Positions 7,101 to 17,300 of a stretch of 64,000 bases of DNA are shown here, piece by piece. The stretch is taken from positions 1 through 64,000 of the forward strand of contig JACQIB010000005.1 in the NCBI GenBank assembly GCA_016198755.1, given 5' to 3'. The notes beneath the pieces are model-generated. The model ran no database searches and was not told where the DNA came from. It worked only from the letters and a program-made list of their open reading frames with translations. Numbering within the stretch: the first letter of the stretch is position 1; every line of letters starts with the position of its first letter. The position numbers and the translations under genes are program-made. This DNA is from Candidatus Aenigmatarchaeota archaeon. Its GTDB lineage: Archaea > Aenigmatarchaeota > Aenigmatarchaeia > Aenigmatarchaeales > JACQIB01.

Positions 7101-9692
7101 AGGGAGCCTGCTTGAGCGCTGGTACCTTAGTCCAGTATAAACCCCGCCTGCAGCAATAGCTGAAATTCCCAATGTGGTAGCTAATGCTGTGCCGTTTATA
7201 GGAGATGCATTGTTCGCAGGCTGAGGAGAGTTGTCTCCTGAACTAATAACAAATGGATATGCTGCGACAAAAATATTGGTATTGTTATTAACAACGACAT
7301 CCTTGGATTTTGTTTCGTATCCCATCCTCGAGCCTGAGATGGGGATTACAGAGCAAGCCACCTTGTCACCTGCTTTAAATGCAAAATCTGGAGCTGCAAC
7401 AGCTTCATCATCCCCTGTGAGCGATTGCGAAGTTGAAACTTTCGTAGCATTCACATACCAGTTTATTTCAACCAACCCTGCAGCATCAGCACTGCCCCTT
7501 CCCGCAGACTGAATATGCTGATACGCGCTCTGTATCTGAGCTGCTGTTAGTTCTCCATTCCAGATCTCAAGCTCATCTATCATTCCGCCAAAATTATAGC
7601 CATCCCCAGTTGCCCATCCACTTATCCTCGCATTTGGATTTACAAGACCGGAAGCTGTTGAGCCCAATCTTTGGGTTAGAGTTTGCTGCACACCATTAAT
7701 ATATAGCTTGTTTGTTTTCCCATTTCCATTGCTGAAAACAGCAGCAACATGAACCCACTTGTTTGCTAATCCAGCACTGCTTATTCCCCAGACATCTGTA
7801 TTGCCTGTGTTAAAGCCAAACGAACCATCCTTAAAATAAAGATCGTACCTATCAAACCCAAAAGGCATCTGTCCATGTGACCCTTCAGAACCATTCCAAT
7901 ACATCCAAAAATCAACTGTTACATAACTGCCGGGAGCTGTGTCAATCTCAGGAATTATCAAAGCAATATAATCATCTATCCCATCAAAGCTGTATGCTTC
8001 CTGTACCTTCCCCGGAACATTCGTTGTTCCCCCTTTCAAAATTCCTGTCTGCCCACCCATAAAACCATTAGGATTAACATCTCCTGACCACCAGCCCAAA
8101 AAGTTTTGTGGGGGGGTAGCTGACTGGTCAATATAACAGGATAACATATCGTCTGTTGAAGGATTATACGGCTCTATATGCGCGGAATCCACAATATTTG
8201 GTTGTGGAAGGAGCTGGATTTCCGCGGAATTTACTTTCTCCCCCTCGAATATACCAACAACCGGCACAGCTGAACAGTAAACTCTATCCCCTTTATTGAA
8301 ACTATATGTTTGCAAAATTTTTCCAGTTCCAACAGCCTGCCAATTAACATACCATATTATCTTTGTCTGCCCAGCACTCTCCACATCGCATTCCATTTTT
8401 TCCCCAACTATCGGATCTGAGGGGTAGATAGAAATAGAGTTTATCGGTAGAAAATTACTAAAAATATAAGTTTTTTCAGTTTTTGCAATGGAAGATAGCC
8501 TTGTTCCGGAAGATTGGAGAGAAAGCGCATAGCAATGATCCTCAAGTGTATAGGAAATTTTTATATGACTATTTACGCAACTATTCCATCCTGTTTTACT
8601 GTTATAATCCTCTGTCCATACCGGACCCAAACAGACTATGTTGGGATTGTGAGTGGGTGGGTTTGTGCCTGTTGTTATACAACTTCCCCCACAACTCTGT
8701 TCATATCTTCCAAGGAGCTGCGGGTTGGCTGTATACAAATCCACAACATCATCCTTTGTAAACGTCAGCTTTGCAGGTCCTTGGGGACTGTTGGGCTGAG
8801 GACCGCTAAATTGTCCTATGTTTATTCTCCTTAATGGTTGTGGTTGCCCAAGCCCATAATATCTTAGTTCTATGTTATAGGTTCCCTGTTCGTTTGCTGT
8901 TATGGATTTGTCAGGAAAACTCATCCAGGATCCGCCACACTCGTACGTGTTCGCCCAGCCAACAGGAACCTCTGTTTGTGTTTCTTGTCCGCTGGGAGAA
9001 ACAATGATACGCGTGAATTTTGTTTGGCAAGTAAAATCCTCCCCTCCATTGAAGCCTTTTGATCTTGCAAGATTCTGCAAATCCGCAAACCACCGTTTAA
9101 ATTCAGGTATATTAACTGATATGGGAGCTGTTGGTGGAGGTGGCAGTGGTTGAGCATATTTCCATACTGTTGCCCCCGGAATTTCTATATGTCGTACCTC
9201 TATTTTATACATACCAATTCCCTCTATGTACACGGATTTTTGAGGCAGACCCCTTTGGTTATAATAGTGAGCAACTGGGCACGTTATTGAAGTTGCTGTT
9301 TCATGGAACTCACTCGGAGTTTCAGATTTTGTTCTGGTATAACAATTGCTATCTGTAGCCGAGCTTGTTGGTTGATTGCCAGGGAAAAAATACTGATCTA
9401 TAATCTGCTCTGAGCCATCTGGTTTTACAAGAACCCTGTAATAAATATGGGATAACATAGCAGCTATATTATCAGCTTCAATTTTCTGCCCAAACACCCG
9501 AGCCACAGAGCAGGTTTCCTCCCATGCCCCGTTTACGGGCTTCCAGTATCTATCTGTTGACTCTCTGTTAAAAGAATAGGGAGAGAACCATTCGTTCAAC
9601 GACAGGGACTCTGCAGGAGCTTCTATTATCTCAGCGAAAACAGGAAAAGAAAACAACGAGAACAGAAAAACTATCATAACAACAAAAAGCAT
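4113..9692 (-). CDS. Giant protein A: secreted, membrane-anchored, polymorphic-toxin-like (LamG, Ig-like repeats, TM, pre-toxin-like motif, PD-(D/E)XK-like nuclease, HEXXH domain)
   Basis: Signal peptide MLFVVMIVFLFSLFSFPVFA; LamG (AYSFDGIDDY...WVHVAAVF...FGGMIDELEIWN); TM at about 7130-7190; WKYCTGSAYGAGNCTGE; DVDG...FVESK; VEHEMGH...ELEAD. Confidence 0.75.
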   Translation of the reverse strand: MLFVVMIVFLFSLFSFPVFAEIIEAPAESLSLNEWFSPYSFNRESTDRYWKPVNGAWEETCSVARVFGQKIEADNIAAMLSHIYYRVLVKPDGSEQIIDQYFFPGNQPTSSATDSNCYTRTKSETPSEFHETATSITCPVAHYYNQRGLPQKSVYIEGIGMYKIEVRHIEIPGATVWKYAQPLPPPPTAPISVNIPEFKRWFADLQNLARSKGFNGGEDFTCQTKFTRIIVSPSGQETQTEVPVGWANTYECGGSWMSFPDKSITANEQGTYNIELRYYGLGQPQPLRRINIGQFSGPQPNSPQGPAKLTFTKDDVVDLYTANPQLLGRYEQSCGGSCITTGTNPPTHNPNIVCLGPVWTEDYNSKTGWNSCVNSHIKISYTLEDHCYALSLQSSGTRLSSIAKTEKTYIFSNFLPINSISIYPSDPIVGEKMECDVESAGQTKIIWYVNWQAVGTGKILQTYSFNKGDRVYCSAVPVVGIFEGEKVNSAEIQLLPQPNIVDSAHIEPYNPSTDDMLSCYIDQSATPPQNFLGWWSGDVNPNGFMGGQTGILKGGTTNVPGKVQEAYSFDGIDDYIALIIPEIDTAPGSYVTVDFWMYWNGSEGSHGQMPFGFDRYDLYFKDGSFGFNTGNTDVWGISSAGLANKWVHVAAVFSNGNGKTNKLYINGVQQTLTQRLGSTASGLVNPNARISGWATGDGYNFGGMIDELEIWNGELTAAQIQSAYQHIQSAGRGSADAAGLVEINWYVNATKVSTSQSLTGDDEAVAAPDFAFKAGDKVACSVIPISGSRMGYETKSKDVVVNNNTNIFVAAYPFVISSGDNSPQPANNASPINGTALATTLGISAIAAGGVYTGLRYQRSSRLPIKTYPKSNGGVIPEGVVGQLKSYTRSLKEDVQKLIEYTGQKLSEIKSRTEALFTSLQEERQMKAEREAAEAGGGIPLIKGNDGYYTRDGKYWSSVPGAQNPWDHPDSVPSVNGMGWTFSGGKVTGRDQPALDQLERLQEKAKNGLLSDTDVDSLEKLTSDPYLNSAVKKDISKTVEQIRTDKQVADDVNALIQNNNGNSTKKSIELYYGLQSIYNRPGINPELKARIKDSMGILKGFIDENEDELVAEQNRYVDMYNDNIIRIKNESSISIRNITRVHNGYPVRIFNSDAITDQQAAQEWKWQLEQQRIQVEKNKQGFLGGLWNNLEGGGKFLTDLTRDALTVSVLPMWTVVDPNGASKWLAEKRDSAISFGHGMWDSFQNGGQFLTNLTRDTLILSNPIVMGGWMLLDRDGFNQYLNDKSNSIGNFLYAGGQVLVNVTRAALVFGTPVWVIWYFADSPGFMQYYNGTSNFITGAATSIWKYCTGSAYGAGNCTGEAIQLLAPMPPIAELANVGKVGKAARAAEALTAVRDVKLTMQMGNGAKKAVEFGDAAITASRVSGGAGDAYRLEMATARSGSARGLAGNILGHEFELNVNEAYRASGAELKFTGEVTRKTVPSFWKKASLFGKVDVDGFFEIGSKRFFVESKFDTLTHIKGKGGVGEFINKYRTTFNRFRSLDKGAGIKWVTTTPKSNMPRNVIKFFEEQGVEVVEVVGYGRLDPNKIPFHKAAFKMGSGGEITAVRSEMSRFLPDLTDEQWVHLAQLVPSLEEGAQKYGVSLNTIIYEKMENSIAMAGYDTLVFDESVPIIDMLEGRVVEHEMGHLWVAQNRFADIKEYADFTSKYYRQTWLTELEADASIKRFVGKQAFNERVKRLVLETGAEMDYIIENKKAFTPRDIEQIISAELLASRTGDRNLARMALGMYDQLLENNIISLSQIRNIRLLLQTWLKNTIDKGRVGDAYLDVGKSIRYGEHLNAENMIELLSHSNQPKQFWWLR

Positions 9693-9788
9693 ATATTTTG
9701 TAAACAATTGTCCCCGCCATTTAATTGTATGGGTGACAATATAAACGGGAGTGATAGTTTGATATAGTAGTATGTATACTGTTATACT

Positions 9789-10754
9789 ATGCACCACATA
9801 AACTTGGAGGCTGCTGGATTAACAAAACAGCAGGGTGATATTATAAGGTCTATACTTTTCCTGAAGTCTAATGGAATAAAAATTGCACCTATAGAGATTT
9901 ACACAGCATACCAGAAAGTTGCAGGAAAAGCCATACAAAAACCAAATCTTTTTGCACAATTAAGGACCATGGCAGATTTGGGTTTTCTTGTTAAAACTTT
10001 AGGGGAGTATCATGTAAATATGCAGGCTGTTGTAAAAGCTGCCAGAGAGAAAAAGAAAAATCTAGAAGCTGAACTTGAAAGGCTAAAGGAGGAAACAGGA
10101 AAGCTGGAAAAGTTTTCCAAAAATCCAGAATTCCAGTCAAACCTTCCTGTCTTGCAGTATCTAGACCAAAATTCATACTTTGATGCCGCAGCATATCAGA
10201 TGGCAGAATCAGAAGAAATTTACACAAACAGCGTATTTCCATGGATATGCTTCCCCTACCCCATGGCAGAAGCTGCAAAATCCATAAACTACTGTGTACA
10301 GATGCAGAAACTCTGTGAGAAACGCTCGCTTAATGTGAAGTATATTTCCGCATTTAACTGCGAATACTTTGCAGGCTTGGCTTTGAAAGCAGCTAATGGA
10401 AATAGGAAAGGTGCATTAGATTTGTGTTCACAAGCTTTGCAGAACATGAGGAATATGCTTAAACTATACCCGACACTTTCAGTCAGGTTTATGCCCCGTT
10501 CATTCGATATGCACTTTATTGTTACAAAACCTAAGGTGGGAAATCCCTATAATGCATACTTTTATTTTTACGCCGGTCCCGGAGTTATACAGAGCGGTGT
10601 TGTAATTAACTCCCCTGAGCTTGCCTGCAATCTTTACAATGCATTTAACAGGGAATTTGACCGTGCAGTGGATTTGCGCTCTGCGCGCGGTAAACATATT
10701 TTAGATTCAATTGGAAAGGAGCTTAGAAAGCTGATAATAAAAAAGCTGGTTTAA
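9789..10754 (+). CDS. TrmB-like transcriptional regulator (winged HTH, coiled coil, effector-binding domain)
   Basis: LEAAGLTKQQ N-terminus, NLFAQLRTMADLGFL wHTH, and C-terminal VINSPELACNLYNAFNREFDRA, which is typical of TrmB-type domains. Confidence 0.6.
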   Translation: MHHINLEAAGLTKQQGDIIRSILFLKSNGIKIAPIEIYTAYQKVAGKAIQKPNLFAQLRTMADLGFLVKTLGEYHVNMQAVVKAAREKKKNLEAELERLKEETGKLEKFSKNPEFQSNLPVLQYLDQNSYFDAAAYQMAESEEIYTNSVFPWICFPYPMAEAAKSINYCVQMQKLCEKRSLNVKYISAFNCEYFAGLALKAANGNRKGALDLCSQALQNMRNMLKLYPTLSVRFMPRSFDMHFIVTKPKVGNPYNAYFYFYAGPGVIQSGVVINSPELACNLYNAFNREFDRAVDLRSARGKHILDSIGKELRKLIIKKLV

Positions 10755-11230
10755 TCCTGGGCTTTAAGCGGCAGCACATGCGTGTCTTTTGATTTGTGAA
10801 GGGCAAACATTGTTACAGTTCTGGCCACTTCAGGCATGTTCCAGAGACTGTCCACAACCCAGCTCCCAACAGCTTTTTCATCCTTCCCCCTTACTTTTAT
10901 CAACGCATCATAATCTCCGCTTATTACATGCACCTCCTCTGCTTCAGGTATCTTTGCTAGAGTTTCTCCTATATTCTCTGATTTTATCCCACCCTTTTTG
11001 TGGTATGCTCTCCTCACAAGAATAAATGCTGTTGTAGGCAAACCAACCTTTTCCGGATCCAGAATTGCAGAAAATCCCGTTATAACTCCGGTCTGCACAA
11101 GTTTTTTTATTCTCAAATGGATTGTTGTAGCTGGGATTTTCAGCTTCTTTCCCAACTCCCTTGTAGACTGCCTGCAGTCTTTCTGCAATTCCACCAGTAT
11201 TGCCCTGTCCAGCCTGTCTAAATTGTCCAT
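10751..11230 (-). CDS. Lrp/AsnC family transcriptional regulator
   Basis: LDRLDRAILVELQKDCR...RIKKLVQTGVITGF; EVHVISGDYD. Confidence 0.95.
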   Translation of the reverse strand: MDNLDRLDRAILVELQKDCRQSTRELGKKLKIPATTIHLRIKKLVQTGVITGFSAILDPEKVGLPTTAFILVRRAYHKKGGIKSENIGETLAKIPEAEEVHVISGDYDALIKVRGKDEKAVGSWVVDSLWNMPEVARTVTMFALHKSKDTHVLPLKAQD

Positions 11231-11370
11231 TTATTTACCTCTTTTACTGTACAAAATACATATAAACTGCCGTATATTTAAAGCTTCTGTGTACATTTGT
11301 TCAATTGAAAGTACAGTTATATACCTGCCTGCACAAACTCTGGGTGGGGGAAGTGCACCACAAAAATAAT

Positions 11371-14300
11371 ATGTTCATTCTTATCTTCTTTTTCACTTTA
11401 ATTGCTGCGCTGCCTTCTGCTGTTATTGCTGCTGATGTTGTATATACTGCAGACAACACTCCAGAGCAGGCTGGCTGGAGCGGTTCCGGCGGGGGTTCTG
11501 TTTCTGTAAGCAGCGGCATATTGGATGTAAACAAGCCTGCTAATACACATTATTATTTTAACAAAAATGTTCCTGAACTGGACAATTCTATAGGAACAAC
11601 GTTCGAGGCAAGAGTAAAAATTGTTTTCGGAGGAATGACAAGTGGCTATTTGTCTGAACATGGGACAGAACATGCTTATGGAGCCTATTTTGATATAAGG
11701 GACGGGACAAGACTGGGTGGAGTGGCTATTGGGGATAATAAAATAGAATTTGGAAAACAGTTCTTTGCAATGGACACAAAAAGTGATTTCCATGTTTACA
11801 GGCTTACTCTACGGGGAGATTCTATGCTGTTGTATATTGATGGAAACTTTGTTGCAACTGAAAAAGCTTCCACAGCTTCTGGTAGTGTTATAACTGCTGC
11901 TGTTTCAACAAGCAGCTGGACTGGTAATGGGGAATCTTTGTGGGATTATATAGCTTACACATCTACTGGAGCATACCCTGCAAATTCTTATTCATTTCCT
12001 GGGCTGCCTGTAATCATTAAAAATATCTTAATAACTCCTATTGCTGTTGAAACTACAGCATCCACAACAAGCACTACCACAACTACTATAGCTCTTACAA
12101 CACCAGCATTCCCAGTTAATGAAATAACACCAAAAAGCTGTCCTATATACATTACAAACCCATGCAGCGCAAGCGAAGTATACGATGATAAAACATGTTC
12201 GTGTGTTAAAAAGCCTGAGCTTGATATGATAGAATATTCCGGAGATCTTCTGCCAGCCAAGTCAACCCCTGCATGGACAGATATAGCTGCTACATGGGCA
12301 AATTCTGTTTCAGACGGGGTGTTAAAAATAGCTGGCCCACCAGGGGAAATGAACGGATATAAGCTGAAGTTAGAAATAACACCTTACGATGATTTTACAA
12401 TAGAAGCTAGGCTGAAGATTGAGGAAGCAGACCCTGTATATGGATTGTTATTGGAGTTCTGGGATGGAAAAAAGAATGAAGGGCTTATTCTGCATAAAGA
12501 TAGAATAAGGCTTATGATGGGAAAAACAGAATACAGGATGGATACAACAAGCTACCATACCTACAGGATAGAATTTACGCAGAGGGATAAAAAAACAAGG
12601 GTTTTTGTGGATGGGAAAGAGGTGCTGAGCGGGACAGGTGTTTACTATACTGATGCATACAAAGGAATAGCAATAGGGCATATAGTAACAAACGTTGGAA
12701 CAAGCAAAAGTTATTGGGATTATGTAAAATTCTGGTATGGGGCTTCAGAAACACCGCCGGAAAAAGAAAAGGATGGATTTGTTTCCACAGGAACTTTCTG
12801 TTCAGACAAGGAACCCTCGGCCTTAATTTATGCTCCTTATACAGCCTCAACATCTGCTTTCCGGGCTGATTACTATGTAAATAGTGTTCCGATGGATTAT
12901 ACGGGTCAGGCATGCGATTCCCCAACGCCTTCAACAGGCTTATACACATACAATTTCAAAGTTGCTGTCGGGTCAGGAGTAGAAAAAACTACACACCAGT
13001 ATAGGGGGCAGGTTTGCCTTCCAACTTCCTGTAAAGAGTATATTTCCAGCTTCAAAAAATCCAAAACATTAGAACTGCCAGAGGGAAAGTACATGCTTTC
13101 CCTTTCAGCTTTCGTTAATGATATTGCAGCCAGATCACAAATAGATTCTGCAGCTGAAATTTATACAGCAAATAGGCTGCCTGGCAAGGAAGGGTGGAAC
13201 ATTGTGGGAGGTGTTGATAGTCTTTCTGTAAACGGCGGTATACTTTACTACAATGGCCCAGCAGGTATCCACTACCTATCCAGAGATATAGCTGCTGACA
13301 ACTCCATTGGAACTACTGTTGAGGCCAATATGAGAGGTATTCCCAAGTCTCCCCTTGCAGCTATAATAGATGTGGCTGATGGGAAAGGCTATATTGAAAT
13401 GGAGTTGAAACCCAGTTGGATAGTTTTTGGCGGGCAGCAATATGATTTTGATGCAAGAGACAGCTTCAATACATATAGGATAACGTTGAAGGGTAATGTA
13501 GCAACTCTCTATCTAAACGGAAAATACTTTGCTACTGCAACACCCATAGAGACCAATGAAAATGAGGTTATTTTTGGAAAATCCACAAAAGAGTCTTCAG
13601 CTGCTGCAAACTCCCAATGGGAATATATTGATTATACAACCTCAGGCGCCTACTCACCCGATGATTATTCATTCCCGCAGATTTCATATACGCATACTAT
13701 AGAGGTTTCTGCTGATTATCCTGTTATATATCCACAAATAACGGAGCATATTTCCATACCATCTGAAAAAATTTCCCTTGATTCTTGGACAGACCCTTAT
13801 GATATTAACACACATACTTCAACTGGCGGCTGCGGCGCAAACAGCTGCAACAGCAATGAACAGAAAGAAACGTCCCCATCCATAAAAATCGCATCTTCCA
13901 ATAAGTACACTTTAGACACATATATTTTTTACAGGGTTTTAGTAAAGCCTGATGGTTCAGAGGAAATAATAGACCAGTACAAGTATAACAACCATATATC
14001 AACTAGGTCTGAGCCTGTACAAGGGCAAACTGGAGTTAACAGGTATTTTGCTGAGTATACCCTGCCAGAGAAGATTTTGGAACTGAAAGGGGCTGGGGAT
14101 TACACGGTAGAGGTAAGAAGGATAAGAATACCGGCTCTGACTGCAGAAAAAAACCCAAACATCGGCATAGATTCTGTTGTAAACTTGTACGATGCGGAAC
14201 TTATAAACAACCATACATTTGAAACAGGTTGGGAAAAGTTTCCAGGACAAGAGCGCAGCTGGAATCATGACTACTATATGTGTACCAAAACTCCGGCGAG

Positions 14301-17300
14301 TATATTTAGCTCAACTGGTTCCTTAGACCTGACAAAAGTGACAGACAATGCATGCGTAAACCTGAATATGTTCCAAGTCAATGAAAGCTATTGCAAATTC
14401 CCTTACCAGTCCTACAGGTACCTGCATACCAGCTACCAGAGTCTTGTATATAACGACTATTATGATCTTATACAAGATTGGAAATATCAGAGCTGCTGGC
14501 TTGAGCTGCTAACCAATAAAAGTATAAGCACAAAGTCTCTAGGAGAGAACATAGCAGCTTATGTTTATAGTGCAAACGATGGGGGCGTGGATGTTGCCCC
14601 AGCATACGAATACAGGAAACTTGCTGTGGGTGACAGGTTTTCAATAACGCTATCTAATGGCTGGAAAATAGAAAAGCTGGACACAAACTATATTTCTGCA
14701 ACCCACGAAGGCGGCCTTTGCACAGACAGCATACCTCCAGTATGCTCCATACCCTATGAATTTAAGGCGCTGAAAGAAGGGAACACAAAAATTGTCTTGA
14801 GCAGTGTTGGAGCAGGTATAATAGAAATAAAGGTGGTGGAGCTGGATATAGAAGGAAGTCCTGCTGCATTCCCATTTGTGCTGGATGCCGGGCATGGTAA
14901 TGGTACTTCCGGTGCTACAGGGGACAGCACGAGCAATACAGGAACAGCTCCGCTTGCTTTTGTTATAACACTTGCTGCTGGGGCTGGAGGAATTTATGCT
15001 GTTTCCCGTGGGGCTTTGGCTGGCAAAAAGCTTTTCGGAGACGATACTCTAGGAACTGGAGAGAGAAGGAAAGTGCCGCTGGAGATAAAAATTGACGATA
15101 GCAAAAGAAAACCTGCGCACGTGATTTATACTGGAGATGGGGAGGTAAGATTAAGAGGGGAATTTTTAGCTAAGAATGGTATACAGGTTTGGAACGCGAA
15201 TGAAAATACATATGTTTCTCCGCTCCTAACTCTTCCCTTTGCAGAAAATGCAAACGACATGCTTCCCCCTCACTCAAAGCCCACATACCAGCCAGCCCCG
15301 CCTATAAAAACCGTGCCCGGAGGAAACTGGGGAATGAAAGGAGCTGCGCCTGTGCAACGCCCACCAGAAACAAAGGCTAGCAAAGCAACTGCTGCGATTG
15401 TGAACAGCGCCAAAATAGCGTTGGGTCTAACTGGTTCTGCAAAAACTTTTGGCCCTAATAAAATAGTAAACGCAGCAATTCTCGGCTCTTTTGCTGGTAT
15501 ACAAAACAACACTAACAAGAAATTAATCACCATGAAAGATAAAATTATTAATGGTGTCGGCTCTTTATTTGGAAAAATAGGTGGAATGTTTGGAAATATA
15601 AAAAATCCAGAAGAATTTATGGATAAAAATGGTCCCTATATAGCTCTGGGACCAAGTGGAATAGGATTCAAAGCTGCAAGGTCGCTTACGCAGCTTTTTG
15701 AAAATAAAGCTTCTGGCATCCCAATCTTAGGCAAGATAGCAGGCGGTTTAAGGGCAGTTGGAGACTTTGGCTATGGTTTTGGTAAATCCCTATATAATAC
15801 TGCTAAAGGACTCGTTTATGACTTACCTAAAGCTGTTTACAACTGGGCTACCACAAGCAAGGACCATTGGGGAGATATTAAGAATGCTGGTAAATTCATT
15901 GCTAATGGAGTTTCTTGGATGGCTATCCATCCAGCAGAAACCGGGGGAATGATTAAAAACCTGGCCCAGCAGGCCTGGAATTACTGCACAGGTTCTTTTA
16001 TGAATGCTGGTGAGTGTACTGGAGAGATTGCACAATTATTTGTTGGGGGTGGAACCGTAGGAACTGTTTCAAAGATCGGGAAGGTTGCTAAGGTTGTTGA
16101 GGGAGTAGAAACAATTACAAAAGCTGAACGGGCTTTAAATGTCGCTGGAAAAGCCGGAGGTATTGCAAGAAAAACGGAAACTGCTACAACCGTTATAAAA
16201 ACAATAAAAGTTAATTACGGAAAGCGCATAGGGGAGATTGTAGAAGGTATAGCAAAAAACAGCAAATATAATAATCCTGAGAAGTTGGAAAACCTAGCAA
16301 AGAAAATACAGGCTCTGACCAAGAGTGACGAGGCTGGGGCTTCAATGGAACTCAGGAAACTTAGGGAAGCTATTAAAAATGGGGATGAAATTTACGACAT
16401 CAACATGAGGGGAAAGATTACAAAAAATATCATAGATATAGATAGACTTGGCAAAGAAGCCAAAGGAGCCAAATATGCAGCTGAAGTAAAGTCTGTTACA
16501 CCCCAAATGATGCAGGACGCAAAATCGTGGAAAAATTGGATACGAAAGGATATATTAGATACAGGCAGAAAGTTGTCGGATGCAAAAAAAGAGATACCAG
16601 AACTTCGTGATATAACCAAGCTGAAATTTGAGCTTCCAACAGATTCTTTAAAAGCCAGGCTGCCAGATGGTACATCCTTTGAGAAACTATTGAAAGAAGA
16701 GTTAAAGAAAAGCTTAAAGATGGACAAACCTGATTTTGAAGTGGTTCTGAATGGGAAGGTAGTAACTGCAGAAAGTGGCTTGTCTCCCGCTGCAGAGGCA
16801 AATCTCTGGAGGGCTCTATTTCCTATGGAAAAATCTAGTGAAATAACGAAAATTGAAAAGGTTACTAGCAGCATAAGCAGAATAGAAAAACCTACCGGTA
16901 AGATTTCAAATTTAGGCAAAACTATAGAAGCGGAAGAGTTAACAAAACTATCATCATATAAAAAAGCAACCCTATCTGCAGAAAAGATTGAAAAAACCTT
17001 TAATCAGGAATACAGAAAAGCCCTTCTGAAAGAGTTTCCTGATATGAAAAAGACAAAGCTAAAAGTAGAAGATATAACAGAAAAGTTCGTGGGACATATA
17101 ACGCAAAAAATGCCGCTTGCCTCAACTAGGGATGTCGAAGGCCTTTGGCAGAAATTTGGGGGCAGGATAACTGATATAACTGTTTATAGAAAAAGGGTAC
17201 AGGGATTGGTGAAAAATGGATTGGATGGTGTGCCAGAGCTGACAAAAACAGAGAGCACAAAGTGGATTGTACAGCACGAATTAATGCACCAAGCGAGCAA

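Noticed and set aside
9693-9797. Longer N-terminus for giant protein A
   Set aside because: It overlaps the divergent TrmB-like start, and the signal peptide fits a start at 9692.
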